In this document: piece by piece, positions 13,601 through 28,600 of the stretch
Numbering within the stretch: position 1 is the first letter of the stretch
How the letters are laid out: every line of letters starts with the position of its first letter
Source: Octopus sinensis
Taxonomy: Eukaryota
Length of the DNA: 64,000 nt
Reading direction: 5' to 3'
NCBI RefSeq assembly: GCF_006345805.1
Contig: NC_043014.1
Coordinates: forward strand, 36,952,001 to 37,016,000
The notes under the pieces: generated by a model
Seen by the model: only the letters and a program-made list of their open reading frames with translations
The model's database searches: none
What the model was told of the DNA's origin: nothing
Position numbers and translations under genes: made by a program

Positions 13601-16600
13601 CTAACTGTTACCTTAGCACTGAACTGATAATTAGCTAGTATTTGTGTTACAACAAACTTACTGAAATATAAATGAAAGGAAAAATATCCAAAAGTAATTA
13701 TTATTAACCCTTACATTTTAAACTGTTCAAAAAGTAGTTTAATATATGAGATGGTCATTTGTCTCGCTAGAAATAGCTAATTTCCCCTCAAGCCAAATCT
13801 TACTGACTTTACAAACAAGGACATATTTGATAATGTAATCCTAGATTACAGTCTGAAGAGACAGGGTGGTCACAAGCAGATTGTCTTTGATCATAAATCT
13901 ACTCAATCAAAGTTGACTGGGCTGACCTGAGGTTAAACAAACACCAAAAAAAACTTTAATCAGAACTGAAGTGAGAAAAATGCAAAGCATTGATGTCAAA
14001 GACAAATACCAGATATGGGTTCTGTACACTAGGTGAGTGGTTCTCTCAACTTCCCCCAGAAGAAGCACTGGGATTGTTTAACCCTTTTGTTACTAACCCA
14101 GCCAAAACTGGCTCTGTGGTAAAATGTCGTGTTTTCATAAGTTTTGAATTAAAATATTCCACCAAACCTTAGTCACAATTTACGTTCCTAACACTAGCTT
14201 CATGATAACTAAGTTATTTTACTAAACTCTTTGTTATATTTTAAATAATTGAAAGAAACACAGAGCATCTCAAAATAAATGCGGTAACAAAAGGGTTAAC
14301 AAAGTACTCCTAATAAGTGAAGTAATTATTACTTTATCAAAATTCCCCCACCAATTATTCTTCTTCAATGATGTGTAAGATTAAAGCAGAGATGGCCAGA
14401 AAAAATGGTTGAAGATCAATCAAACTGCTCAATGTAGCAGCCCAAATTTCCAAATAGATGCAAATTTTAGGACATGACCCACATTATGTACAAGATGCCT
14501 ACAACTAGTAACAAACATATCGCTGTCGCTCTGTCAATTACAATGAAGAGGGTTCCAGTTGATCCAATCAACAGAACAGCCTGCTCGTGAAATTAACGTG
14601 CATGTGGCTGAGCACTCCACAGACATGGGTACCCTTAACATAGTTCTCAGAGAGATTCAGTGTGACACAGTGTGAGACCCTTTGAAATACAGGTACTACT
14701 CATTTTTCTAATTCCCCAAATGTCATCGAAGCCAGAAATCATCTAAAGTCTATATCACTAGCTTACCACCGTTGTCCATCCCAGTCACTGAAGATCCAAC
14801 TCATAGCTGCCAAGAAGAATCTTGATGAGGCTTACTTGAACACCGAGGTCGACTTTATCAATGGCAAAATTAGTAAACTATCCAAAGAGCACATTAGTAA
14901 AAAACACCATCTCGCCTGGAAATCCATCAAAGACCTATCAGGCAAAAATTCTGGGTCATCAATTAGAATTAAAGGGGGATCAGCTAAGAAGCATTTAGAA
15001 AATTGGTCAACCCATTTTAAAAACCTCCTTGGGAAGAATGCCAAAGTCCCTGATAACCCCACTCTTCCAAGTGTGCCTATATCAGACACACTGGACATCA
15101 ACACCTCCCCTTTTACCATATTTGAACTAACAGCAGCCACCAAGCAACTAAAAGCCTCGAAAGCATTTGGTCCCGACAACATCCCAGCTATAATTTGGAA
15201 GGATGATAGATTTCACACACTTTTGCTCAACCTCTGCAACCACACACTTTCCACCTTTGTCGCTCCAAAGATTTGGCACAAATCTCAAATTATTCCAATA
15301 CCCAAAAAAGGCGATTTATCCCTCGTCACCAACTACAGGGGTATATCTCTAATGTCAATTGCTGTAAAACTGTACAACAAACTGATCCTAAATCGTCTTG
15401 TCCTTTTTGTTGAACCTTTGCTCCAAAAGAACCAAAATGGATTCAGACATGGGCGCTCAACGCTGAGCCAGATACTATGCCTACGCAGACTTATTGAAGA
15501 ATCAAAAGCATTTAATCGCGATCTTGCAATGGTATTTGTAGACTTTTCTAAAGCGTTCGATTCTGTAGATAGGTACAAGATGTTTGAAATCCTTAAGCTC
15601 TATGGGATACCAGACAAAATCATTTCTGCCATCAAGGTCCTCTACACAGATACGTCTTCAACCATCTTAACCCCTGACGGAGAAATATCATCTTTCTCAA
15701 TCAAAGCCGGAATACTGCAGGGAGACACACTCGCCTCATTTCTTTTCATCATTGTTGTTATGTGCTACGTATGTCAGTTGATACCATCTCTGGCAAGGGC
15801 TTTGAAATAAAACCAAGAAGAAGTTCCAGACACCCAGCTGAGTACTTGACAGACACTGACTTTGCTGACGACATCGCTCTTATCAGTGATTCTCTCTCCA
15901 ATGCCCAGTCTCTTTTACAATCTCTTGAACAAGCCTCAAATTGTGTAGGTCTTTACCTCAATAAGGCCAAAACTGAATACATAAACAAGTGCCTGTCCAA
16001 CAGTGATTGCATCATCCACACTCTCAACAGTGCACCCTTAAATATGGTTTCTGATTATAAATATCTTGGGTCATACATATCATCATCTGGAAAAGACTTT
16101 CTAACTAGAAAGGGTATGGCCTGGTCAGCCTGTAATGACATGCATAAGATCTGGTCATCAAATCTAAGTAGAGACTTCAAACTTGAAATCTTCAAAGCCA
16201 CAGTCGAACCAATTCTACTATATGGCTCAGAAACCTGGACGTTATCAAAGAAGCTTGAGAGGCGGTTGGATGGAACCTACACTCGCCTCCTTATGAGAGC
16301 TCAAAATCTCTCGTGGAAGCGCCATCCAACCAAAATGCAAATATATGGGAAACTACCACCTGTGTCATCTCTTGTGAAAGGTAGGAGTCCAGTTTGCTGG
16401 ACATTGTTGTAGAGCTGAAAAAGAAGTAATTTCTACTCTTCTCCTCTGGAAGCCATCTACTCGCAATACCAGAGGGCGCACACTCTCCTACCCTGATGTA
16501 ATCTCCAGGGATACAGGCATCCAGCAACAGGACCTCCGTAATGCCATGATGGACCGTGAAGTCTGGCGTAGCATGGTAAATTCCATTGTCTCGACCACGG

Positions 16601-19600
16601 TCAAACAATGATGATGAATGACTCATTTTTGCCAGCTGAGTGGACTGGAGCAACATGAAATAAAGTGTCTTGCTCAAGTGCAACATTATCACTGGGAACT
16701 GAACTCACAACCTTGCGATCATGAGCCGAATGCCTAACCACTAAGCCACGTACCTTCGCTTTACACACACAGTTATGTACAAACACAAACCAACTAGCTA
16801 CACCTTGCCAAACTGCATACAGTTGAGTCATTTTCATAACATAATAGTGCAATACTAACCTTTCCAGCAATTTGTCCACTTGTTGCCATTTGACATAACA
16901 TGCTCTCAACCATTTTAGCCTTTTCTGGTTTAGCAACTGCAATGGTATTTACTGAAAGAGAAAACAGATGATTGTTTTTTTTTAAAGTGACTTTATTCAG
17001 AACAGCATGATAGTCATGTGTGTCAAATCTTAATATTCTAAATAGGCCAGCAAAACCATTAAGTAGTTTAGATAAAAAGAAAAAACATGCCTTGAAAATA
17101 TATATTTTAGTAGAGGACATGTAATCGTGTTTTGTTTGACATTTAGAATTATTTAATTAAACTCCATTAGCACTTAGCTGAGGTTCTAGTTTTCCAGACC
17201 TGTGAGTGCCAGTGCTACATATGTGTCCACGCCAGCACCATGTAAAAACACCTGTGCCAGTGCCATGGATAAGCATCCATACTGGCACCATGTAAAAGCA
17301 CCCAAAAGTGCCCATGCCAACATTATGTAAAAGCGCTCATGTAAAAGTACCAATGCAAGTGCCATGTTAAAAGCACCCAGTATGCTCCCTAAAGTGGTTG
17401 GCGTCAGGAACGGCATCCAACCATAGAAAACATGTCGAAAAAAAAAAACAATGGAACCTTGACTGTTCTCCAATTGGCCAGTTCCTGTCAAACCATCCAA
17501 CCCATGCCAGCATGGAGAATGGACATTAAATGATGATTAGTTATAGTCTTAGATATTAGGTTGTTTACAATACAGGAATTTAGAAACCACAATAGTTATA
17601 ATGTAAATTATTTTTTTAGTGAAACTCAAATTAGATAAAGCTACAAATAACAGCATGTAGACTATTAGCATTAAAAAACCCTGACTTTTTAGAATCCAAA
17701 GGGATTTTAACACAATATTCTGCATGCTACTATTTATATCTATAACTTTACCTACTTCAAGTTCTACCATTAAAAATAATTTACTTTTAAAGATTGTATT
17801 AGCATATTAAGTATGAAACTAATAAGACATCTCTTCCTGAAAGAAGCAGTGAAGGGTATTCTGTTAGCTAAAGTAACATATCAAAAGCACAACATACAGA
17901 TAAACAGAGCAATAAAATAGCCCTGTGTTTATAGTAGCTGTTTTTGGCCAGTTTGATTGTGAAAAACATTAGGCCAGAAAAAAATTCTGAAGAATTTTAC
18001 CTGTTGGCTCTTTAGTAGATTATGGGTATAAAGACCAAAGGCATATCAAAGCAGCTACTAAATTACTAAAATTTAATGTTTTAGTTAAAATCATCACTTT
18101 AGGTTTATGAAAGGTGACCAGTCTTTTTCTTTTGTTTTTTTTTTTTTTTACTTCTGGAGGTGCGGAGTAAATAAATTTACTCTATTAAAATGTTAAACTG
18201 CCCTGATGTCAGACATACTTAGCTGATACAAACATTTGGGTATATCGGGTGTACCACAGGGATCTATCCTTGGTCCCCTCTTGTTTGTGGCATACATTAA
18301 TGACATAGATGCCAATTTAAAGAATGCCACAGTATTGAAATATGCAGACGACATCAAGCTGTACCTTGAAATCAAGAGGACAGATCCTGATGTCTGCCAC
18401 TCTTTCCTGCAATCAGACCTAGACACAATGCAGCAATGGATCACAGACTGGCAACTGAAATTGGCTGTGGACAAGTGTTCCACCATGCATTTTGGGAGAA
18501 AAAACCCTGCGTCCACATACTCCCTCCACAACACTGATATCGAGAAATCTTCTTGCGAGCATGACCTAGGCATCATTGTCAGTAGTGATTTGCGTTGGAC
18601 AAAGCATATCTCTAAAATTGTCAAGAAGGCCGAGGGCGTCTTGGCATCACTCAGCAAGACTTTTGTTAGCCGCTCTCCAGCCATCTATTTAAAACTGTAT
18701 ACAGCTATGGTACGACCACACTTGGAATTCACATCATCAGTTTGGAACCCCTATCTTGCTCAGAACATTGACCTCCTGGAATCTGTCCAGAGACATGCAA
18801 CCAAACGCATACTCTCCATCAGACACCTACCATATTCTGAGCGCCTTGTTTCCTTGGGCATGGATTCACTGAACGTCTGGCGACGGACTTGGTAAACACC
18901 CACAAAGTTATCAACCACCTCACCAACAACAACACTGAACACCTTTTTGATCTCCATGTGTCTAACACACGTGGACATGCCTACAAAGTCAGAAAACAAC
19001 ACAGCTCCCATGACTTTCGGAAACATTTTTCCACGCTGAGAGTTGCTGAAGCATGGAATAAACTGCCTGCGTCAGTTGTTGACTGCCATGACACTGCATC
19101 CTTTAAGGCCCTCATGCTTTCCGAAATCCACCGAAACTACACCTGATTATATATACACTTTAGATGAGTTGTAGTGCACCTGAGCACTGTACACAATTAT
19201 TATTATTGTTATTTATTCTCCAAATTCTAAGTACAACTGAAATGTTATAGCTTAGAATTTTTTTCCATCCAAGGAGTCTTTTCACCAATATTTTATGGTG
19301 AGCTGGTAAAATTGTTAGCACGCTGAGTAAAATGCTTAGCGCCATTTTGTCTGTCTTTACATACTGAGTTCAAATTCTGCCAAGGTCTTTTGGGGGTCAA
19401 TAAAATAAATACCTGTTGAGCAGTAGGGTCAATCTACTTAGCCCCTTCCCCAAAATTTCTGGCCATGTGCCAGAATTTGAAGCCCATATTCTACTCACTA
19501 TTATTTATAAAAAGTGGGACATGAACCCACATTTTCTGTAAACATGACAGACATCCTAACCATAGTACCAATGCAATCCTTCTAAATAACACCGATACAT

Positions 19601-22600
19601 CACAGCTAACACAGGATACAAACATACAAATTAATTACTTCAAAAACCATCGATGGGTCTTTTATCTACTTGGCTATTGTCCATCGTCATTGTTTAATGT
19701 CTGCCTTCCATGCTGGCATGAAAGAATTAAACTGCATAGCTTGAAGTTAATCGAAATTGATCAACATCAATGGAAATTGCAGCTGTGATACCAGTGCCGG
19801 TGGCACGTAAGCGAACCATCCGAACATGGACGTTGCCAGCGCCACCCCGACAGGCCCCTGTGCCAGTGGCACGTAAGAAGCACCATCCGATCATGGCCGT
19901 TGCTAGCCTCGCCTGGCCCCCGTGCTGGTGGCATGTAAAAAGCACCATCCGACCGTGGCCGTTTGCCAGCCCCGTCTGGCACCTGTGCCTGTGGCACGTA
20001 AAAAGCACCCACTACACTCACGGAGTGGTTGGCGTTAGGAAGGGCATCCAGCTGTAGAAACATTGCCAGATCAGACTGGGCCTGGTGCAGCCTTCTGGCT
20101 TCCCAGACCCCAGTTGAACCGTCCAACCCATGCTAGCATGGAAAGCGGACGCTAAATGATGATGATGATAACACATGCATGTTATTGAATATGAAATTGT
20201 GTTCAAATATGAAATTAAACCAAGCTACAGATCCCGTTCACCAAGTATTCAGTTTAATAAGCTCATGGTAACAAATTTTGGTGGCAGATATAGTCTATTA
20301 TACTGACTCCAAGACTTCATTACTCTCAAATGATGACACTTGAGTGAGGAGAGACTACTCTCTGATAACCTCTACTCACCCACCCTGGCTTTCTTGTCAC
20401 CATGTTCTTGAAGATATCCCTAGCACATCATCCTCATCATCTCTTTCCTACACACACTACTCTACTCACCCATATATAACTGGAGTAGCATTGTATCTCC
20501 TCATGCCCAAATTATGCTTGCATGGCAGACAGACAGACCTATCTCATCACTTAAGTTCACCTATTCAACCCACCTTGTTATTACCACCGTGTCCCTGCTC
20601 TCCTTTACACTAATCCAACATTACTTTTCCCTTCTATCTTCATTACTCCCATCCCAACATCTCCCCATTTCCATCCTCTCCCAATAAATTTCTTCAATCA
20701 ATTATGGGAAGGGAGGGAGGCTCCCTTATGCTTTGCAGGATTCCAAGATGAAAGGCAGCCTCACGAGTACTGATGCCACAAAATGCACTCAAGCAGCAAC
20801 AATGTAGAACCCCAGATGGCTCTTTAGTCTTACTGGCAGCAAGGCAACCTCTGTAGTGCTAGTGCCACGCAGTGAAGTGAGTGGGCAGAAACGTTAGCGC
20901 GCCAGGCGAAATGCTTAGCGGTATTTCGTCTGTCATTACGTTCCGAGTTCAAATTCCGCCGAGGTCGACTTTGCCTTTCATCCTTTCGGGGTCGATTAAA
21001 TAAGTACCAGTTACGCACTGGGGTCGATGTAATCGACTTAATACCTATGTCTGTCCTTGTTTGTCCCCTCTATGTTTAGCCCCTTGTGGGTAATAAAGAA
21101 ATAGATATTAGGAAGGGCATCCAGCCATTGAAACCAGGCCAAAAATTAAACTTGGAGAAAAATATCTTCCAATCCATGCTACACGTGCCAGCATAGAAAA
21201 CAGTTATAAAGCATGGTGGTGATGATTTTCAATTAAGAATTAAATAAGGAATTCATATGAGGATACATACATCTAGCTCGGGCTGATTGATCTAATACTT
21301 GAGACAATATTGAATTTCTCAGCTCTTCTTGTTGCTGAAGCTTCTGTTCGGTCTCTTCTTTACTACGGTGATTACTGTTGGACATCTACAATGAAAGTAA
21401 ATTAAATAAATAAATACATATAAATGCATGCATAAGTACATTACATGGAAAAATGTGAGCATGAAAAGTCATATTCTTAAGATTATAAACCTGGAAAAGT
21501 ACAGGACAAGTTATTACATCTGTAAAAGTATAGGACAAGCTATTACTTCTAGTAAAGTAAAGAATAAGAAACTTTTTACTTAAAATATTGCAGCAAAGAA
21601 TGCCAGTTCTTCTAATTCATCACTCTTTACAGTTCTCATCTTTTAAATTTATTGTACAAAACTGTTCAGCTAATTTATAAGTTTATCTAATTAGTCACTT
21701 TTTTATTATGTATTTAAGGTAGTAAATTAGCCAAATTCTACTTAACCCTTTCATTACCAACCCGGCTGAAACCGGCTATGGCTCTGAGTACAAAGGTCTT
21801 GTTTTCATAAGTTTTGAATTAAAATCTTCCACCAAACCTTAGTCACAATTTATGTTCCTAACACTAGCTGAATGATAACTAAGTTATTTTACTAAATTCT
21901 TTGTTATAATCAAAGTAATTGAAAGAAACACAGAGCATCACAAATAAATACAGTAACAAAAGGGTTAAATAAGTATAAGTGTTATTTGTAAACTATAATA
22001 AAATAAGTTTTAATATTCAAATTTTAATTTTAGGTGCAATATTCTAAGTAAAAAGTTTCTTATTCTTTACTTTACTTGAAGTAATAGCTTGTCCTATACT
22101 TTTCCAGGTTTATAATCTTAAGAATATGATTTTTCATACTTGCATTTTTCCATGTAATCCATGATTTTTCCAGGCATTGCTGTTATAAGATAATTAAAAA
22201 TGTGTCAATTGATAATTTAAGATTTTATCCTATAAAATACTGAAAGATAATATTTCAATTTTTTTCATGTTTAATTTAAATATATATGTTGTGAATGAAT
22301 TATTTGATATTATCCATCCACACCAAATTAATGGCAGGGATTTTTACCATGTTCTTAGTTGCATCATGGCTCACCAAAAGTTACAAACAACAATACCCCT
22401 AAACCATCAGTTACCAGGCTCACTTTACGTAACCTAATTTTGCAATATTAGGAAGTCACATTCAACGAAAAAAAAAAATTTCCAATGATTCTGGGATTGC
22501 GGGGGGGGGGGGGGACCCCACACCTCATTTTTTCCAAACAAAAATAAGGGATTTGCAGCGTATTAGGAGGTCAGGGTACTTGATTCCATGGTTAGTTTTG

Positions 22601-25600
22601 GCATGATTTTTACAGCTTGATGCCCTTCCAAATGCTAACCACTTTACATTGTGGACTGGATGCTATATATGTATCATCATCATCATCATAATAATTTAAC
22701 ATCCATTGCCCATGCTGGCATGGGTTGGACGGTTTGACTGGACTGGCATGCTGTGTGCTTGTGTGAGGTGTGTATATGAGTATGTTGTTTCTTTGTCTTG
22801 ATGCTGTGTGGTAGTTGTAGTTGAGTGTCACCATTGTTATGCAAGCAATGTCATTCTTTTCAAATTTGCTGCAAAAAACATATCTGGATGTGGGGTAATG
22901 TTACCTTGCTTGAGAAATGAGTGAGGGTGGTGACACGAAGGGCACCTGGCTGTAGAATATCTGCCTCAATAAACCCCATCCAACCCTGGCAATCGTGGAA
23001 AAGTGGATGTTAAATGATGATTATGCACATGTATGTATGTATGCATGTATGCATGTATCCACCATTTCGTCAAGCTTCACCACTAATTCAGTTCTCAACT
23101 AAATTGCAAACTGTTAACAGTTTTAAAGAGGACACCTCCTCAGCTACACTTTGGCATAAATAGTTTTAGACTTGGTTCAGTAGAAAAAAAAAGTTACATC
23201 AAAATACCTGCGACTTCAAGTGGGGTAGTAAGATATCTATTCACCTTCAAATAACATAAACTTTTTAATTTTAAATTTAAAGTATACCTTTCTTAGGTTT
23301 AAATGATAGAAAATGAATGAGGAATTCAGAATAACTAGTCACATTGAACAAAATTTAGAAGAAGAAGAATTATGAGGTAAAATGATACGAAATTTCATGT
23401 CAGTAAGGAAGTAAGAGAGTAATGCTTCAGCTATAAAAATAAAGAATATATTTCTAAAATGAATGTTTACTTTCTAAGGCAGTGAGCTGGTAGAAACGAT
23501 AGCGTGCCGGGTGAGATGCTTAACGGTATTTCGTCTGTCTTTATGTTTTTGAGTTCAAATTTCGCTGAGGTCAACTTTGATGTACAGATTATTTAATTAA
23601 TTTTTTTTAACTAAACACTTTCAGACTTCCAATACTGGTAGAATGTGTCACATGGAACAGGGTTTACTCTTAATGTTTTTGACAAAATTTTGTATTATAG
23701 AAGTTATTCTGTCAGAAGTTACAGAATGAAAATGGACAAATTCATGTCTGATAAGTGCCAATACATGAAACTCTCAGCTTTTAACTTACTCTCTAACTTC
23801 TGCCGATGATATATATATACATATTACATATATGTGTAAAACAATCTCATCACACAATTGAACCAATGAAAGAGCCTCTACCTGGCCGCTCGACACGCTA
23901 AAAATAGCAGCCAAAGTATCCCCCTACCTAAATCACACGCCCATTGTATGTAATGTCTTAGATTATCCTTAAAAAGACAGTTTGCTGAAGGGTGGAATAT
24001 CTTTGATGATATGTTTGCAGTATCAGTGTTTATTCGAGGCTAAATAACAACATTATAGTCAATTTCTATATTGACACCCACACAATTTTCACTAAAAAAA
24101 AAAAAATTTGATTTTTTGCCGGTGCTAGTGCCACGTAAAAAGTACTGGGTCCACTCTGCAGAGTGGTTGGTGTTAAGCAGGACATCCAGCCGTAAAAACC
24201 CTACCAAAACAGATACAATAGCATAGGGTAGTTTTTCTACCTGGTCATATCCTGTGAGCTGTCCTACTCATGCTTGCGTGGAAGATGGATGTTAAATGAT
24301 TATGATGATGATACATACATACATAAACACACAACAGGCTTCGTCTGGTTGCCATCTGCTAAATCCACCGAGGCTAGCAAACGGCCAGGATCGTAAAAAG
24401 CACCATCCGATCGTGGTCGTTTGCCAGCCTCGTCTGGCACCTGTGCAGGTGACACATAAAAAGCACCCACTACACTCTCGGAGTGGTTGGCGTTAGGAAA
24501 GGAATCCAGCTGTAGAAACACTGCCAGATCAGACTGGGCCTGGCGCAGCCTTCTGGCTTCCCAGACCCCAGTTGAACCATCCAACCCATGCTAGCATGGA
24601 AAACGGACGTCAAACGATGATGATAAAAGCTTTGGTTGGGTTGGGACTTAGTGCAAGGCACTTGTCAAAGGTGCCTCTGGACCCAAAACCATGTTATTGA
24701 GAAGCAAACTTCATAACCACACAGCTACAGCTGTGCTTTTATATACACATGTATGTATGCGCATATGTATACATGTATATTTATGAAACTATAACTAAGT
24801 GAAGCATTATTCAATTACTTATTTATATATATTTTACTAACATTTACAGCAAATGCACAACAATAAAGCAACAGTGAATTTAGAAATAAAGCCTATGACT
24901 ATTTCTATTTATAAATTATGACTTATGAATAGAGGGCAGTAGTGAAACATAAGGTTCTGCATTCATAATCCTGACAAGCCACACGTCATTTTACTTGTGT
25001 CTACTATTTCCAAGCTTCTTATGAGTTGCACAGAGAATTTGTTTTGCCCCTTTAATTAACATGGTATTTTAAAAAAATTCCCAAACATGCCTGTGTGGTT
25101 AAGAAGCATGCTTTGCAATCACATGGTTTGAAGTTCAGTTCCATAATGTGACATTTTGGACAAGTGTCTTTTACTATAGCTCTGGGCCAACCAATGCTTT
25201 GTGAGTGAATCTAGTAGATGGAAATTATGTGGAAGCCCATTGTTTGTGTGTGTGTGTGAAGCAATCACATACTGACAAATATAAATATGCAATGAAAGAT
25301 TAGTGTTACTAGTAAAAGAAAATATTATGTAGCCCTTTTAGCATTCAAATAACTCTGTCATAATGCTTATTCACTCACACTGTTTTGAATTAATCATGCA
25401 TTATTTTGTAACTTTGAAATGTTGATGTGATTGTTTATTTTTAGAACAACATTGTAGGGCATCAGTAAAAGGCCAGATCTGGTTGGTTGGAATATAAAAC
25501 AGGTAAAATATTTAGGACAGATATCATCATCATCGTTTAACGTCCGCTTTCCATGCTAGCATGGGTTGGACGATTTGACTGAGGTCTGGCGAACCAGACG

Positions 25601-28600
25601 GCTGCACCAGACTCCAATCTGATCTGGCAGTTTCTACAGCTGGATGCCCTTCCTAACGCCAACCATCTGAAAGTGTAGTGGATACTTTTACATGCCACCA
25701 GTATGAGGGCCAGTCAGGCGGTACTGGCAACAGCCATGCTCAAATGGTGCTTTTTACGTGCCACCTGCACAGGAGCCAGTCCAGCGGCACTGGCAACAAC
25801 CTTGCTTGAATGTTTTTCCACGTGCCACCAGCACAAGTGCCAGTAAGGCGACGCAGGTAACGATCACGCTCGAATGGTGCTTTTTACATGCCATCAGCAC
25901 GGAGGCCAGCTTGTTGCTCTGGCAATGATCACGCTCATATGGTACTCTTAACGCTCCACTAGCAAGGATGCCAGTCATCGAATTTGATTTCGATTTCACT
26001 TGCCTCAACAGGTCTTTGCAAGCAGAGTTTAGTGTCCAATGAAGGAAAGGTACACATAAGTGGGCTGGTTACACCCCTGGCATAGGCCACAAGGTTATGG
26101 TCCCACTTGAGCTTGCCGAGTCTTCTCAAGCACAGCATATTTCCAAAGGTCCCGGTCACTAGTCATTGCCACGGTGATATAACTAGTTTTAAATGCTAAG
26201 GGGTTAAACAAATACATCATATCTATATATTCAATTACAAATTAAAAGCAAGACTTCTGTTGTGAACATTAATAACCACACATACTCATTGTATGCATTT
26301 TGTTTGTTTGCTGGCTTGCTGCAGTATAGTACTTTGGGGACAACACCCTCATAGCACTGGGCATTAAAACACCTGAAAGCTATAGACAGGTGAGGCAACT
26401 TGCCTCCAATCCCATTCAGGAATGATGGATACCAATATTTTGCCATCATTCTGGCTTACCAACATCACATGCCTGAATTAAACCTGAGATGAACTGAATC
26501 GCTAATCTATGATTATATGCAAATAGTGTGAAAACCATTTGCTGGTTTACATGGTGATGCATTCATAATATTAAGTTCAATTACAAATTTAAAGCAGCAC
26601 CAGTGTTGTAAACACTATTGACCACACATACTGCTTTTAATTTATAATTGAACTTAATCTTACGTATGTATCATCTTGGCATACAAGCAGATGGCTTTCA
26701 CATTATTTCTATATGGTCATAGACTGGCAGTTCAGGTCAACTGCCTGTTCAGTTAAGGTATGCAAGGTGGATAAGTCACAAAAACGGCAAATTAGTATCC
26801 ATCAGTCCTGAATAGGATTGGGGGCAAGTTGTCTTGCCTATCTATGACTATCAAGTGTTTCAACACCCAGTGCTATGAGAAAGTTGTCCCCAAAGTGGTA
26901 TACCACAGCAAACCAGTGAACAAGCAAAACATACAATAAGTACGTGTGGTTGGTCGAGTTTTACAGAGGTGATGACAAGCAATTGAGACCTTTGGCAATT
27001 TGCTGTGCTTGAGAAGACACGTCAAGCCACGTGAAATTGTAGCCATGGCCAGTGCTGCAAACACATGAAAGGCACCTACTACACTCCATGAGTGGTTGGT
27101 ATTAGGAAGGGTATCCAGCCATAGAAACAAAGCCAAACCAGACTAAAGCCTGGCACAGCTCTCCAGCCCACCAGTTCCAGTCAAACCTATGCAAGTATGG
27201 AAAACGGACACTAAATCATGACGATGATATATATATATATATATATATCGTGTTTGTCTGCGTATTCAGACAAATTCAGGGATACGCAGACAAACGCCAA
27301 GAAATTCTACGAGGTGCTGAAAGCTGTCTATGGACCGCAGTCCTCCTTTGGATCAACCCCCCTGCTCAGCTCGGATGGAACCTCACTCCTGACTAACAAG
27401 AGGCTGATCCTGGAGAGTTGGGCGGAGCATTTCAACATCGTGCTCAACCGACCAGCCCAGATCAACGAGGAAGCCATCGCACGACTCCCCCAGGTGCCGA
27501 CAAACCACGAGCTGGCTGTTCCCCCTGCAGTCGAGGAAGTGAGCAGAGCCATCAAAAAAATGTCCACCGGCAAAGCTCCAGGCTCTGACGCCATCCCTGC
27601 AGAGGTGTTCAAGTCGGGCGGCCCCACCATGATCAGTCAGCTCACCAGCCTGTTCCAGTCGATGTGGGACAGGGAACAACTCCCTCAAGATTTCCAGGAT
27701 GCAACAATCGTCCACATTTATAAGCGGAAAGGAGATCGGCAGTCCTGCGACAACCACCGAGGAATCTCCCTCTTGTCCATAGCAGGCAAGATCCTGGCCC
27801 GAGTCCTGCTTGACCGCCTTCTGGAACACTTGGAGCAAGGCCTTCTCCCTGAGAGCCAGTGTGGCTTCCGCGCGGGTCGAGGGACCACTGACATGATATT
27901 CGCCGCCCGCCAGCTCCAGGAGAAATGCATGGAGCAGCACCTTGACCTCTGCATGACCTTTTTTGACCACACCAGGGCTTTCGATAGTCGGGAGGGAGGG
28001 ACTCTGGAAGGTCATGGGAAAATTTGGTTGCCCCAGCAAATTTACTGCAATTGTCCGCCAGTTCCACAACGGAATGACAGCCAGAGTCCTTGAAGATGGC
28101 AACTCATCTGAAGTCTTCCAGGTGACCAACGGAGTCAGGCAGGGCTGTGTCCTGGCCCCAACACTGTTCAGCATCATGTTCTCGGCAATGCTGTCCGACG
28201 CCTTCAGGGACTGCAAGTCCGGTATCGACATCAAGTACAGGACAGACGGGAAATTTTTCAACTCCTGAAGATTGCAGGCTGTCACAAAGGTGAGGGAGAC
28301 AATCATCAGAGACTTTCTCTTTGCTGACGACTGCGCCCTTAACGCAATCGATGAGCAGGAGATGCAGCTCGGGATGGACAGGTTCTCATCAGCCCGTGAC
28401 AACTTCGGTCTCACCATCAGTGTCAAGAAAACCGAAGTGATGTTTCAGCCAGCCCCTGGCAAACAATACCATGAGCCTCAGATAAAGGTGAACGGACGGA
28501 TCCTACGAGCGGTGGAAAACTTCACCTACCTGGGCAGCACTCTCTCCTGCAATGCCAACATAGATGCTGAAATCATCAACAGAATCTCCAAGGCAAGCAG

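Noticed and set aside
14836-16412. An intact or domesticated reverse transcriptase gene
   Set aside because: Every RT in the window is truncated or broken by frameshifts, stops or deletions, and carries LINE tails or TSDs.
26324-26388. Exon-like segment with good acceptor and donor (gctgcag|…ACAG|gtgagg) on the plus strand
   Set aside because: Stop codons in all three frames, and it lies in the TIR of an old transposon, antisense to PDCD5.
26415-26500. Possible C/D-box snoRNA (ATGATGG…CTGA)
   Set aside because: Imperfect box C, no terminal stem, and on the strand opposite the host intron.
27328-28426. Long minus-strand ORFs (347, 141 and 100 aa) overlapping the BovB-like LINE; similar antisense ORFs at 14832, 18193 and 39997
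   Set aside because: Antisense shadows of GC-rich RT coding sequence; no recognisable domain.
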